Assembly: GCF_001194135.2 (NCBI RefSeq) | Contig: NC_068981.1 | Coordinates: 78,087,474 to 78,151,473 of the forward strand | Length of the DNA: 64,000 nt | Reading direction: 5' to 3' | DNA from: Octopus bimaculoides | Lineage: Eukaryota | Shown here: one piece after another, positions 12,455 through 26,499 of the stretch | Numbering within the stretch: the first letter of the stretch is position 1 | How the letters are laid out: the number at the start of each line of letters is the position of its first letter | The notes under the pieces: model-generated | Database searches by the model: none | Told to the model about the DNA's origin: nothing | What the model saw: only the letters and a program-made list of their open reading frames with translations | Position numbers and translations under genes: made by a program

Positions 12455-12870
12455 TATAAGCTTGGCTGTTTAGTGAGAAGTTTGCTTCTCAACTACATGA
12501 TTTAAGGTTCTATCTCACTGTGTGGCATTTTGGACAAGTATCTTCTACTATAGCCCCAAGCTCACCAAAGCCTTGTGAGTGCATTTGATAGACGGAAACT
12601 AAAAGAAACCTGCCTCACACACACGCACATATATATATATGTCTGTGTGTGTGTGTATGCTACTGTCTCCTAGCCTTAACATTACATAGTAGTTGTAAAT
12701 GAGTATCACTGACATGCAAGTAGTGTCCTTTGTTACCAACCTTCTGCAAATATATGTCTGGAAACAAGTAAGGGTTGGTGACAGGAAGAGCATCTAAGCA
12801 CAAAGAACCTACTTCAACAAATTCCTCCCTACCCATGCAAACATGGAAAAGTGGATGTTAAAACAATGGT
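12455..12870 (+). mobile_element. tRNA/CORE-like SINE with RTE-type 3' tail
   Basis: TTGGCTGTTTAGTGAGAAG..GGACAAGTATCTTCTACTATAGCC..ACCAAAGCCTTGTGAGTG; 3' end ACCCATGCAAACATGGAAAAGTGGATGTTAAAACAATGGTGAT. Confidence 0.7.
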
Positions 12871-12879
12871 GATACAGTG

Positions 12880-13030
12880 GACTTCTTTGAATTTCCTTCA
12901 ACAGAATCCATTCTCAGACCTTTGGCCCACCTGGAACTATAGTAGAAGACACTTGCCTAAGGTACCATGCAGCAGGACTGAATTTGAAACCATGAATTCG
13001 GAGACAAACTTCTTAAACACACAACCATGA
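12880..13030 (-). mobile_element. tRNA/CORE-like SINE 5' half
   Basis: CTATAGTAGAAGACACTTGCCTAAGGTACCATGCAGCAGGACTGAA is the complement of the family head. Confidence 0.65.
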
Positions 13031-14022
13031 CTGCTCTTTCGTATACAAACATATGTACAAATCCCGTTCATACATGCATGCGTGTATGCACACCCTAGGC
13101 ATTTTGTAATTAAATAAAACAAGTCCTGTATAATGCAGAGTAATAATGGTTTCTTTATACAAAGCATAGCAATAATTAAAAAAAATATTGTTGATGTAAT
13201 CACAAAAATGAATTGAAAAAGTGATATCTTTGACGTCTTTCTATTTTTTCCTTTATTGTTTTTTGCAACAGTTTTCCATTTATCAAAGATATTTCTTTGA
13301 CATCATTGTATTTTAATTATTCTTCCATTCAATTCTATTTTTCAAAGTAGTTATTATCCTTATTGTTTCTATTCAGGTAATCTAATTCATTTAAAATCTT
13401 TATATTCAATCTTTTATTAAATTGATGTAGTGATCATTAAATATCTTTTCATTTTGTCTTGGAGTCATCATATTGGCCAAATGGATAAAGAGAAGAGTTA
13501 TGAATTCTTATCTTGACATCAATTCTCTGCTGTGCCCTGGATAATAAGACACAAAATTCTGCTTGCCCCATTTTTTGGTTGATGAGCAAGCAGGTAACCT
13601 GGCTTTGCAGTCTGTAGTGCTGAAATGAAATTCTCTTGTGATAATTGAATTGATCTAAACTACAGAATACGTAGCTTGCAAGAAATCATTTACAAATGAA
13701 TTAATTTAGGTGAATGGATAATTGTATTCTAAAATGATGATTACTCAAGTTCTATTGTTGCATTCAAATATTGTGATCAAATTCAATCAAGACAAAGTCT
13801 CATTCCTTGCAACTTAATAAGCTAAACCAGGATGATTGTCAATATATGATTTGAATAGAATTATGCCAGTCTGTCCATGTTTAGTGGTTTTTCTGCTTTT
13901 ATCTGTGGAGATATCTAGCTATTTAAAAGTTACACTGCTTTTAATATAGAAAAGATCTTACTAATCTCCTACTACCCCCTCTCTCTCTCTATCTCTGTCT
14001 TACCCCTCACTTTCTCTACCCT

Positions 14023-14065
<43 letters not shown>

Positions 14066-14070
14066 TCACT

Positions 14071-14106
<36 letters not shown>

Positions 14107-14609
14107 TTTTTGTTTTACTTGCATTCTGAAGAAGACTTAGGTTAATCTTGCTCTCTATTTGTCCTCTAAATTACACTGGAAGTTTCTGAAACTCTAACCA
14201 TTGAGTAACATCTCAGCTTATACTACAAAAACTTGTGGACTTCATTGACTGTCTCTGTAGAGATAAACCAAACTTGTATAAGTTATATATGATCACACAA
14301 AGTAACACTCACATTATTCTTAGACTTCTTTCAATAATTTACACTGAGCAAATTTCAAGTCTAGTTGTGCACCATTACATTTTTATCATTCCTGCAATCA
14401 ATATTTGTTGCATCAAAGATACATACACACAATCCTTTGTTTTGTCTCCAAACTGCAAACTAAATCTTGTGTGGTCTGACTGCTCTCTACAGCCTCTTTG
14501 CTCAACCAATGTTATGGAAAATGTAATGCTGAGCAACAGGTAAATTACATTCAGACTTACATGCCTAAATTTTGAATTTCATCATCATCATGTTTCATTT
14601 TCTTTTTCT

Positions 14610-14800
14610 TTTTTGCCTGCAAGAGTTGGATGGGTCTTCTCCAGTGGCACATCTCACCACTTGTTGCATCTTCTTAGTAAGGTTCAGTATTAAAGATCAT
14701 CTTGTTACCATTTCTTCACATTGTCTTCTGTTAATGTCTTGATGGTGAGATCATGGTTTAGCAGATATGGGCATTGGAACTTTTCAGTTCCAAACATCAT
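14610..14800 (-). mobile_element. RTE LINE 3' remnant
   Basis: Minus strand resembles the RTE C-terminal region ending ..CTGGAGAAGACCCATCCAAC..GCA; heavily decayed. Confidence 0.45.
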
Positions 14801-15050
14801 ACACATCCACATCACTGTTTTAACATTTGTTTCCCCATGTTCTCATGGGTCAGACAAGAGTATATTGAAGCAGAGTCTTCTACAGTTGGTTGCCAACCTC
14901 CAATGGTTTCAAAGCTGATCAAAAATTTCCCAGTACAACAAACAGCTAACAGCGGGACATGCTTTCACGGTGAACTGTAAGCAAATGACACCAGCAGGAA
15001 TCCATTATTTACAAACCAGTGATCATGAGAGAAATATGAAATCTCTCTCC

Positions 15051-15100
<50 letters not shown>

Positions 15101-15114
15101 TTCTNNNNNNNNNN

Positions 15115-15176
<62 letters not shown>

Positions 15177-15178
<2 letters not shown>

Positions 15179-15335
15179 GCAGTGGGCTTCCACAAAGTTT
15201 CTGTCCAACAGATCTATCACAAGGCTTTGGTCAGCTTGGGGGCCATTGTCAAAAACACTCAAGTTGCTATACAGTGGGACTGAACCCAAAACCACATGAC
15301 TGGAAAGTGAATTTCTTAGCCACAAAGCCATGCCT
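15177..15335 (-). mobile_element. tRNA/CORE-like SINE 5' half next to (CT)n
   Basis: AGTTTCTGTCCAACAGATCTATCACAAGGCTTTGGTCAGC..ACAGTGGGACTGAACCCAAAACCACATG..TTCTTAGCCACA. Confidence 0.7.
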
Positions 15336-17695
15336 TGCATAGGTATAGTAATCCTGGTTTCTGATGATAGATGGAGTTGGAGAAGTGAAACAAAATATTT
15401 GGAAATATATTGCTAGTCTCCTTTTATAACCTTTCCATTTTCATTGTGTCTGTGTTACAAATATAATATATTTACTTACCAGCATGAAGCATTTGTTTTA
15501 TGTTATTATATTTAACAAACTATATCAGTACATTATAGTGCACCATAGACATGTACACACACGTGCACACATACACAGATGCATGCACACATACACAAGA
15601 TCATATTGTTTAGCATACTCAGGTTGTTACCTAAATGATACATCTTTTCTTGAACTTAGTTGCTCTGATTGCAAAATATTTACTATGTTCAGTGTGTGAA
15701 GTGGTAGGTGTTAGGAAATGGAGCACCTAGCCAGAGAAGCCAAGCCAAAAGTGAAACCTAAGTGAAATGCTGCCCTTTGACTTCTCCATGTGAGCAGTAC
15801 CTCTGAATATGTACTGACTCCAACCATGATGACCCATTCACCTCCATACCAGTATGGGAAGTAGATGTAAAATGAGGGTGATGATGATGATAAATTGCTG
15901 TACCACATGAAAGCAAAGTCAGAAAAATTGTAATAGTGATCTCAAGCAAAATAATAAGAGATAGACAAAGAAACTAGAAATAAAAAAAAAAGCAGGAGTG
16001 AGAGAGGCCGGGGACATATTGATTCAAATACTGGATAAAATTTTCATTCATTTTAGTTCTGATTTTCTCCAATTTAAATGGAATTTATATTAGATGCTTT
16101 AGAACAATATTGCAACTACAGGAATTAGTGGTCATTTTTAGGCTGTCATATTTATCAGTCGGCAATGTAAGCTAAATGTTCATGAATAATTAATTATATA
16201 TATTCAGCTATATAAGCTGTTCAGCTAAAGACTGAATTCACAGCAATGTTATTAAATTCCTGTATAAGGAAAGGATTGATAAATAGAGAGAAATGAGGAG
16301 TTCCTATATTCATTGCCTTTCACTAAGAGATGTAGACATTATAAATGAATTGAAATGAATGTTGCTAGAAATTGGAACCAAGGCAACTTTAATAGTGGTG
16401 ATTGAGAGTAGTTTTTGTTTATTCCATCATTTAGCTGAACCCTTTGTATTAATGCTAAGTGGGTATCTAATATGCTTATCTCTTTAATTGTTTCATTGGA
16501 AATGGATTTAAAAAAAAATATAAAATAAACAAAGAAAAACAGAACAGATAATGGAAAGTGCCTGGATATTTATGCAATCTGCTATTGATAACATATTTTA
16601 AATTATAAATCTAATCTGAAACTGCATGTATCAAAGATAGTTGCCATAAATTTCTAAATCTTTCATAAATCAGTTTTCATAGTTTTCTTTCTCTTATTGT
16701 TTTTTTTTTTAATCCTTATTTTCTCACCTCAGTATCTATTTTTGTTTTTTTCTTCATCATTGATTCTGGAGTTTCTGTTATATAAAACATAAAAGTTCAG
16801 AAACATAAAAAAAAACAGTATTTTCTCAATTTTGCAGCCCTTAGTATGATGACTAAAGAATATTTATTATGTTTTTGACTTGGCAGACTTCCAAACAAAC
16901 TTTGGTTCTCTTGGTTCTTTTGCCTTGTAGAGAATTGTTGACACCTTTTGTTGGGTTTACTGTATAGCTTGTCCATAATACTGCTTACAAGTTGGATGAT
17001 ATCTCTCTCTCTACACACACACACACATATGTATACACACACATACAGAAAGTGAGAGGGAGATTCATAGATCAACAATATATATATATAAAACAGTTTA
17101 TATATATTTGCATACATATAGATATATATATAGTAAATTTGAAACAAATAAATAAAAACATGCATCATATGAAGAACCATATGAGAAAATCATACGTATA
17201 AAACACCTTTCAGAATAATTTAGCAATCATGTTAGTATCTGGTCTTTTGATTTTCTTAGATGTTATAGGTTGTTGATTAAGTATTAAAGCCGGTCTAAGC
17301 AACAAATATATTTTTATGTGTGTGCTGTGACTGTTTAACGAAGAGGTGGAAAGAGGAGCAGAGTGGGGTTAGAGGTGTGATGGAATAGTGGTTGTGTAAT
17401 TTTTGCTAGATAGAATGGCTGTACAATATAAAACTGCAGACTGTCCATCTTGTTTAGTAGCTACAGCATTTTACATTGTAGATCAGCTGTTAATTTGAGC
17501 ATACAAACTGATTTTATGAGATAGTTCTCTTTACTTTTTGATATATGTCTTGACTGTTCTTTAATTTATAACTTTTTCCACTTACCTCTCACCACTACCA
17601 TCTTTCGTTTAATTAATAAAATGAAAGAAAATTTGTTGTTAGCTATCTTTTTGTACATATGTGTGTGTAATATATATAGTGTGTACATGTATGTA

Positions 17696-17728
<33 letters not shown>

Positions 17729-18075
17729 TCATACATCCTAAGCCATAAATTAAGACAGTACACAATTTTGAAATTGTATAGTGAGTGGTGTTGAAAGTTG
17801 ATCGGGAATAAACCATTATTTCTTATAACTGTTATTTAATGTCTAGCTGCTGTTTGTATAACAGTTATTGATCTCTGTATGCCAGTACTGCTTTATTGCT
17901 GCCAGTTGGCTTTTAGACAACCTCGAGTATTTCTTTGGCTAAACTTCTAACAGCGACATAAGAGGCTGTAACTAATTGACTAACGTTTTCATATTTGCTG
18001 AGTTCCCCTTCTACTATCCTTATGACTTGCAACTTGTGTTTGCAGAACACCAATTGATCCCTAGTGATGTCAGCT

Positions 18076-18254
18076 CTTCTCTCTCTCTCTCTCTCTCTCT
18101 CCTTCTCTCTCTCTCTCTCCTTCTCTCTCTCTCCTTCTCTCTCTCTCCTTCTCTCTCTCTCCTTCTCTCTCTCTCCTTCTCTCTCTCTCCTTCTCTCTCT
18201 CTCCTTCTCTCTCTCTCTCCTTCTCTCTCTCTCCTTCTCTCTCTCTCTCTCTCC

Positions 18255-18320
<66 letters not shown>

Positions 18321-18328
18321 CTCTCTCG
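18076..18328 (+). repeat. Compound (CT)n / CCTT(CT)n / (CTTT)n polypyrimidine tract, about 250 bp
   Basis: Read directly. It produces the ER/SL low-complexity ORFs in the track. Confidence 0.95.
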
Positions 18329-19095
18329 TCCTTTTAGAAATTTCTGAAAGCACTCCAGTTAGATGTTCCTTTCCAAATCTGTTTCATTCTATCATCCTAT
18401 TTTTATATGAACTGGTCAAGTAGTACTTTGAATGGCTCTTGATATAAGGGATGGTACATTAATATATTTGGTAATGATTTAATTGTTAAAAGCTGAAGAA
18501 AATAGCTAGAGTTTAGTTTCACTGAGTTCCTCTTTCAAGTCACTCCAGATGAGCTAGGAAATTATTCCCAATACTACTGCTATGACTTAAAAGAAATTTT
18601 CTATTAAAATTCATTGTGAAATACATTTCTATATAATTTGCATTTCTTTCTGCGCTATAGAATCATATTTCTGACAAGTTGAGACATTATTGGCACACTC
18701 AGTACTTTGTCATGTCTAGTTTGATGCCGCAGCTATTGTTGGTACTAAAAATTTATTATATTACCGCACTTGCTAAAAAATAAAATGCTGCCTTTGTAAG
18801 AAATTATATTAATATCACAAATTAGCATATTTGAAATGCTAGAGAAAGTCAAATGCAACATTAAATGTGTTACATTTAGTTTGGAGTTCCTACATGTGTT
18901 TCAAGATTCACATCACACACACACAGGTGAACATTATCCTAAAGGATACATAGGTATGCAGAACTGAATAGCCAATTGCCTTCCTTTCTCTCATGTAGTC
19001 TTACGCTTCAGAATATCTTCCAGGATGAAATAATAAAAGAAGAAAAAAGAATAATGGAAATTTGACTTGACTTTCATTCGTGTCATATGAAATCA

Positions 19096-19316
19096 TTTAT
19101 CTTTTATCTTTACCTTGTTTCAGTCATTGGACTGCGACCATGCTGGAGCACTGGTTTTAGTTAAACAAATCAACTCTAGTATTTTCTTTTTGAGTTTGGA
19201 AATTATTCTGTTGGTATCTTTTCCTGAACCACATAGTTATGGGGACACAAACAAACCATCACCAATTGTCAAGTAGTGGTGGGATGGCAAACTCATACGC
19301 ACATACACATATGCAC

Positions 19317-19359
<43 letters not shown>

Positions 19360-19516
19360 CACACAGCAGGATTCCACACCGTTTCTGTCTACCAAGTTCA
19401 CTCACAAGGCATTGGTTGGTCTAGGGTTATAGTAGAAGACACTTGCTGGGGGTGCTCTGCAGTAGGATTGAACCCAAAACAAAATGGTCACAAAGCAAGC
19501 TTCTTAACCACACAAG
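19096..19516 (-). mobile_element. Near full-length tRNA/CORE-like SINE with internal (CA)n
   Basis: TTGTTTCAGTCATTGGACTGCGACCATGCTGGAGCAC at one end and TATAGTAGAAGACACTTGC..GATTGAACCC..GCAAGCTTCTTAACCACACA at the other. Confidence 0.8.
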
Positions 19517-19788
19517 TATACCTGCACCTGAGGGCAAACAAGAATACTTGGAGTAAAGTACCAACTTGTAACCTAAACCCATGTTTCAATTATTTATTCT
19601 ATCTTCCTTCGGATGCACTAATCTTGGTGTGCATATATGTATGTGTGTGTATGCACATGCACATATTACTGTATTGTTGCATTTTCAAGGTGTTTCAGGT
19701 AATTTTCCCTTACACCATCTTTAGGTTAGTGCTTTCAGAACCTCGTAAGTAAGGGTTCTGGAAATACTGCTCTTTCTCTCTCTCTCTT

Positions 19789-19843
<55 letters not shown>

Positions 19844-22800
19844 CTCCTTTCACTGCCTAATTTTATCACCTTGATGGATATTCGTGATGACAAGACAAAT
19901 TGGTTATGTATTGTATGTATTTCATCTAAAATTCAAAGATTTTTAAAAGAATCTATCGATTTGTTCACCTTACCATTTCTTTTCTTTTTTTTTCCACCCT
20001 GTGGAAATGGTAAAAGAAGAAAAAAATAATGGAAATTTGACTTGACAGGGAGAAAAAGAGCAAAACAAAAGTANNNNNNNNNNNNNNNNNNNNNNNNNNN
20101 NNNNNNNNNNNNNNNNNNNNNNNNNNNNNNNNNNNNNNNNNNNNNNNNNNNNNNNNNNNNNNNNNNNNNNNNNNNNNNNNNNNNNNNNNNNNNNNNNNNN
20201 NNNNNNNNNNNNNNNNNNNNNNNNNNNNNNNNNNNNNNNNNNNNNNNNNNNNNNNNNNNNNNNNNNNNNNNNNNNNNNNNNNNNNNNNNNNNNNNNNNNN
20301 NNNNNNNNNNNNNNNNNNNNNNNNNNNNNNNNNNNNNNNNNNNNNNNNNNNNNNNNNNNNNNNNNNNNNNNNNNNNNNNNNNNNNNNNNNNNNNNAAATC
20401 TATCTTGCAATTTATTAGCTTTAGATTTAATTAGTGTTTTCATTTGTTCAATTTAGAAAGCATCATTTCGAAAACCGATTTTAATACAGACTCAAATGTT
20501 AACATATTGATTGCTACTGGTAAACTATGTTGACCATCATATTCAACAGCCATTCTTTATATTATTGTTGTTTAGCAAATTTAATTACAGCCTTCAAAAA
20601 ACAAAAAAAAAAAAAAAAGTTATATAAAAAAAATGTTAAAAAATTTCGAAGAATTGAAGTGAGTTTTGAAGTAGCTGTTTCTAAATCCAAGAAATTAACT
20701 TCATGAATTTAATTCTGCTGTATACACAGTGTTGTTGTTATTGTTGTAGATCAAGTAAATGAAGTTCTTGCTTTATAAACTCTATATTTAACCCTTTTCT
20801 TGTCTTTCTCTTTGATATTTTTATTGTTTGTTAGTTCTTTTCTTGTAAGATAATTTTTTTTTTTCCCCCAATATTCCATTTTACAAATTGGCAATTAAGA
20901 CAGTCTTCTAAATGCAGTAATTATAAGAACCTGGAGATATTTATTAATTTTTCGTAGTATTACTCTAATGTCTGAAGAGATATTTTTTCTTTTTAGTTTC
21001 AAATGATGTTACTTTCTTTTCATTTACTTCCTTTTTTTCTTTTTTTTTTTGTTTTGTTTTGTATTATTCCTATTTATCTTCTCAGTTCATTTTGAAATAA
21101 TTGGCAAAGACTTAAGATATATACAGTAGGTATAATGACACTGTAGAATTTTAATCTAGTTTTATTTAGTTTTATAGTAACATAAAGAAAAATATTCTTT
21201 TCATTTTCTACATATCTAAAACTTCTCTATGTAATTTGTCTGATATGTCACATTTTCTGAAATGCTTAGTTCAAATCAAATTATCTTCCAAAATAATAGG
21301 TTTCTCTCTATAAAATCCTCAAGTAAAGTTATAGAAAAAATTTCTGGGAGAAGTATGTGCTGAATCTTTGATATAATATGGTTACTTCTAGAATTCTTTT
21401 TATTTAAAATGATATATCAAATACATAAAAAAGAACTAATTTAATGTATAACCAAGATAATACCTACTAATATCATCTTTCGGAGCTAACTTTAAATAGG
21501 CACCCAGAGAAGTGTATTTCAATGGTGGAACCACTAAAAACATATAATTCACAAGCATTTAGTTACCTTGCAATAGAAAGCCAAAATTCTCCCATATCAA
21601 AAAAAAAAAGAAAACTAGCAATAGATTAACCATTATAGATCAGCACTTTATCTAGGAAAATATATCCCAATCACTCAGTGCTTTGAAAACTGAGATAAGA
21701 TGCAGTGCAATACTCCACTTATTGGTAATGGTTGTAAAATAAAAAGACAAGAAAAATGGTTTTCTTGTAGCATATCTGTCTGTCTTTCTATCTCCCCCCC
21801 CCTCTCTCAAATCCTATAATATTCTAGGAATGGAAAGAAGTCATGTCTTTCTATCCAAATGCCCTTTTAACCCTGCATATAGGAAAAAAAAACCCACATC
21901 ATACAAATTACTGAGAAAATCCTATAATGTGGTCCCCAAACATTGTAATCAAGTTTTATGAATCCAGAACAGTGTTAAATAACTATATTGGCAAAATTCC
22001 AGATCAGCTTATATAATTCCTGGACTGGGGAAAACCCGTAATTGAAATCTTAGTGTTCTACCCAGACCATAACTGAGATGATTATAGAACATAGTAGATA
22101 TGATATATATTTGTATGTGTGTGTTTCTTGACATGAGTCAAAAAATGTCAGTGAATTCTGATAGTAAATGAAGTAAAATTAGTGGGCTTTAGTAAAATGT
22201 ATTTTATCATAATCATTCTATTTAGCATCTGTTTTTCTGTCTGGTTGGAGTAGGCTGGTCTGTCTGATCACATCTATCACTATAATCTTATTGTACTAAG
22301 CTATGCAAACATTTTACATAGCTAATTGTGCAATTAGTGTTGAAGCTTGATTGCCACTTTATTATTTTCTTTTTGCTTTTTTTTTTTTTTTTTTACTTCT
22401 TCTTACCTCTAATGGATACAATTAAAAAGTATGCACATACACACATGCATGCACCTGCATGCAAGCACACATCACACACACACACACACACACTCACGCA
22501 TTGTGTTTGAGTCTATGCAGAATCATTTATTGACCTAACATTTGCTCAAATTCGATTTTCTACACCTGTCAGGCATTCCTTAATAGAGCGATGGAAGCAA
22601 AACATCATAAAACAGCACCACTTAATGATCCTATCTTAAGATCTATAGTATAAAATTGGCGTATGAGGGCATTTATGAACGGATTAACTTGTCTTTGGTT
22701 AAAGCATTCAGTAAAAAAAAAAAAGAGAGAAAACAAACTAAGACTCTTTAAATCATAATTTCACTGTTAGATATTTGTTTTACTGTTGCCTAACTTTGAT

Positions 22801-23259
22801 GAAAGCACACATTTATAATTGAGGTGATCACTTTTTGTTTTAACTTTTTGTTATATTTTTATCTGTCTCGACTTCAGCTTTCTTAATTTCATTTGCTCAA
22901 TATTAAATCTCTTTAATGAAATATTATTACTTAACTTTTTTTCTCCACCAGATCTTACTACTAACATTCTAACTGTATTATCTTTTCTAAGGAACACTTG
23001 TCCTCTTAAAATGTTCTTTGAAGATTGATGTTGCTGTTGTTTAACCCCAGGTCATCCTTAATTCAGTTTATTCATAATCAAAGGCAATCTAGTCATGGCC
23101 ATCTCTATTTTTTTTTCCTAGATACTGTGTCTTTTCTAGAACTACATTATCTAATGTGTTGTTTTACATGCTAAGATGGTAATGTGATGGAGATTTTGCA
23201 TTTTTTATTTTTATTTGTGGTCATGGCCATTGCTGGTTTCTTGTAAATGCTATCTTTGA

Positions 23260-23668
23260 AATCATTGTCATGGCTGTTGCCAGTGTCATGAAAATGGCAC
23301 CCATGCCGGTAGTGTACAAAACACTCATTTACACTCTTGAAATGGTTGGCATTAGGAAGTGCATCCAGCCATAGAAACTATGCCAAACCAGACTGGAACC
23401 TGGTGCAGTTCTCCAGCTTATCAGTTCCAGTCATGATTACCATCATCCTCTTCATCATAATTTTTAATGTCATCTTTTCCATGCTTGCATCAGTCAGATG
23501 GAATTTGTTGAGGCAGATTTTCTACTGACAAATGCCTTTCCTGTTGCCAACTCTTGCCTGTTTCCATGCAAGGTAATATTTCCCCGTCATCAGGCTCTTT
23601 TCACAGAAGATTGGAAACTAACAATGTTGTGTCTATGACAATGATACGCTTTTAAAACATTTGCTTAA

Positions 23669-23721
<53 letters not shown>

Positions 23722-23830
23722 GCATCTTTCAGTTTCTGCCTACCAAATCTACTCACAAGACTTTGTTCAGCCTGGGGCTATAGTAGAAGACACTTGTAGC
23801 TGGACTGAACCTGAAGTTAATAGTTGGAAA
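23260..23830. mobile_element. Two abutting SINEs: RTE-tailed (+, about 23260-23445) and CORE-like with RTE tail (-, about 23450-23830)
   Basis: AATGGTTGGCATTAGGAAGTGCATCCAGCC on plus, then CATCTTTTCCATGCTTGCAT..GAGGCAGATTTTC and CTATAGTAGAAGACACTTG on minus. Confidence 0.7.
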
Positions 23831-24449
23831 GCAAACTTAGAATCATTGTAGTGTCCATTGTATAACCCTCTGAACTGATTCATGAAGCAATCCCACAACT
23901 TTCATGATGAATTTTCTTCTTCTCAATTCTGTAATTTCAAGTTCAGTGTGGTATATTGGCAGAAATATTAGAATGTTGCATAAAATATTTTGTAGTATTT
24001 GTTTTAGCCTCTGTGCTCTCAGTTCAAATCCCATCAAGACCAACTTTCCTCTTTTCAGGGTTGATAAGAAGTGTACTAGTTCCGGGTGGTGGGTTGATGT
24101 AATTGTTAGATCAGGTGGGAGGCATTGAGTTAGTTGTTCAAGTTCATTTTGCGTTCAAATCTCACTTGCATCTTAAAGACAATGGCACATCCACCAGGAG
24201 CTGTTGCTTACAGATTGTATTAGCAATCTAGAATAGGTTCATTTGGGAGATCAGCTGTCAGTACCACCAGCTTCAGGTTTACCATTGTCTGCACTAGCAC
24301 AATGAAAGGTAGGTCTGTGTTGTGTACATGATGGAGAAGAAAACATGCTTCAACCAGGCTTCTTCTGAGTAGAGAATATAAGTTCTTTTTTTTTTTTTTG
24401 TAGGTATCAGCTCTAGGTATAGGTGATGTAAGAATAATCTTACTGAGAT

Positions 24450-26430
24450 GGTCAGAGTAACAAAACTTTTAAATTCAGGTTACTGATAGGAATGTGATAG
24501 CATTCATGTTGTCCGCTTCAGAATGGCTATAGCTCTAATAGCTAAAAACAACTGAAGAACTGAAGATAATTCCTGAGTAGTAGGATTAATAATAGATGAG
24601 CAAAATAACTGGTTCTATGATGCCCTTGTGCAAGCTAACTGAAGAATTAATGAACTCAGTATAGTCATCATAGAAAACAACCAGATGGAATCTATAGCTT
24701 TAGTATTAAAAGATTAAGATTGGTCAAGGGGTCTGGAGTTCTGTTATGCAAATGATCTTTCTATTTGCAATGCATACTTCACAAAGCCCAGCAGCTAAGT
24801 GCTCACCCACCATATATGTGGATACGATGTGGAACTAATTTTATATTTTTACAAGGAAACCATTTAGGTAAATGATTGTGAACACTGAATTTGCGTGTTC
24901 CCAGTGTAGATTAGTGGTTAGTGACATCAAATTGAGGTTAATGATGATTAGGCAATAAATCCCTTGTAAGAGGAGGAGCTGAGATGTCCTCTATTTAATT
25001 ACATATGATGCCTACTCAGATAGAATTGAGAAAACTATGAAGTAGAAAATATGATAGCGCTCTTAAGGAAGGACATGCTACTAACCACTGACCTGTTATA
25101 TGGATAAAGTAGGAACTAAACCAGTAGCAGGATGTAATGGTGGGGAAATATACCAGAGACTAGAATGGTTAATTATTTCGAATTAGCTTTCTTTAACACC
25201 CATTACATTGAAAATATAGTAACACAAATTTGACAATAGTTTTTTTTGTTATGCAGAAGGCATCTCTGAGCAATTTCTTTGCAATTTATTAATTTTACAC
25301 CTACTCATGTAGCATATTCTATAGCTATCTAGTGATTCTCTCATCGCTCCTTTGGCAAGTATATTGGAGTCTATGCTTTGCTGAGGACTTTTAATTAGAT
25401 TAATATTCCGTTTTTCTCACCATATAATTATTCCTAATTAACTTTTTAATACATGCTGCATTAAGTATGGTAACATTATCTTGAATATTGTTCTTCATGA
25501 AATAAGTGACAGGCCTAGAAAGGGTAGAAGCAAGGTACAATATCAGGAAGCTAGGGTGGAAAAGATAGATTGAGATTATTTAGCAGGGATCGAGGCTGAG
25601 TTTACATTTCTTAATGTTCTTAACCAGAAAAGTGAGATGCATGAAATATTCTTAATGGCATAGAAATGTACTTATACAGGAAGTATACTCTGCTATATGT
25701 TTAATATTAATATGCAGTATAAACAGTGGAGCACAAATGAGCTGAAAGTGGGAAATGGACTTGAGAGAAATCAACTGCTGTGTGCAAGAGAAAGACTACA
25801 TTGATATGGGCATGTATCATGTGAAGGATGAATGACAATTTGAAGAAGTGATCCAGGTGGAAGGTGTCTGTAGAAGAGGAAGATTGAAAAAGATATTGAT
25901 TAAAGTGGTGAGGTGTCAATTTCAAGATGCTAAACCTCATGAAGATGGCAGGAGGTTGAAGTAAGTGGTAATATGCAGTGTGAGAAAAGATCAACTTAAA
26001 GTATGGTTAAAATGAATGTAGAATTGTAATGAATGAAGATATTAAGAAGTCTGTCTGAAACAATGCTAGCATACTCATTCTCAATGACGAGGAAATGAAA
26101 CAGGCTTGGAAGTGTTATTATGAAAGATTACTAAATGAAGAACTAAATAAGTTAAGGAAAACATAGCCAAAGTAGATTCAGCAAAAGAGTGAGGGAAGGA
26201 GAGCCCACTCAGACATCATTAGTTATACAAATTAGGGATTCACAGGCAGATTTATCAAAAATATGTTGAAAATATCAAGTGATGTAGGTATCTGTTTAGA
26301 TTATTGATAGTGCTGAAAGGCAATATCCCCAATGACTGACAGCATTATTGACATAAAAACTACTACATGGATAAAGAAGATGCACTACAAAGGAGTAGTT
26401 ATAGAGGTTTCAACCTTAAAGATCAAGTCT
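24450..26430 (+). mobile_element. Old RTE LINE remnant(s): APE endonuclease, linker, RT N-terminus and a displaced C-terminal piece
   Basis: WFYDAL; LEFCYANDLSICNAYFTKPS; RLVVSDIKL; LLTTDLLYG..WW (24600-25160); RERLH*YGHV (25780-25830); LNDEEMKQAWKCYYERLLNEE; GNIPND..KEDALQRSSYRGFNLKDQVLEV (26070-26430). Confidence 0.75.
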
Positions 26431-26499
26431 TGGAAGTAGATGATTGAATGTTCTCTTGTTTGCAGTGACCATATTAATGGCAACATTTAATCTCTCTAA

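Noticed and set aside
16935-16979. RIVDTFCWV, loosely innexin-like, after TTGTAG
   Set aside because: A stop follows within a few codons and there is no good donor; likely chance.
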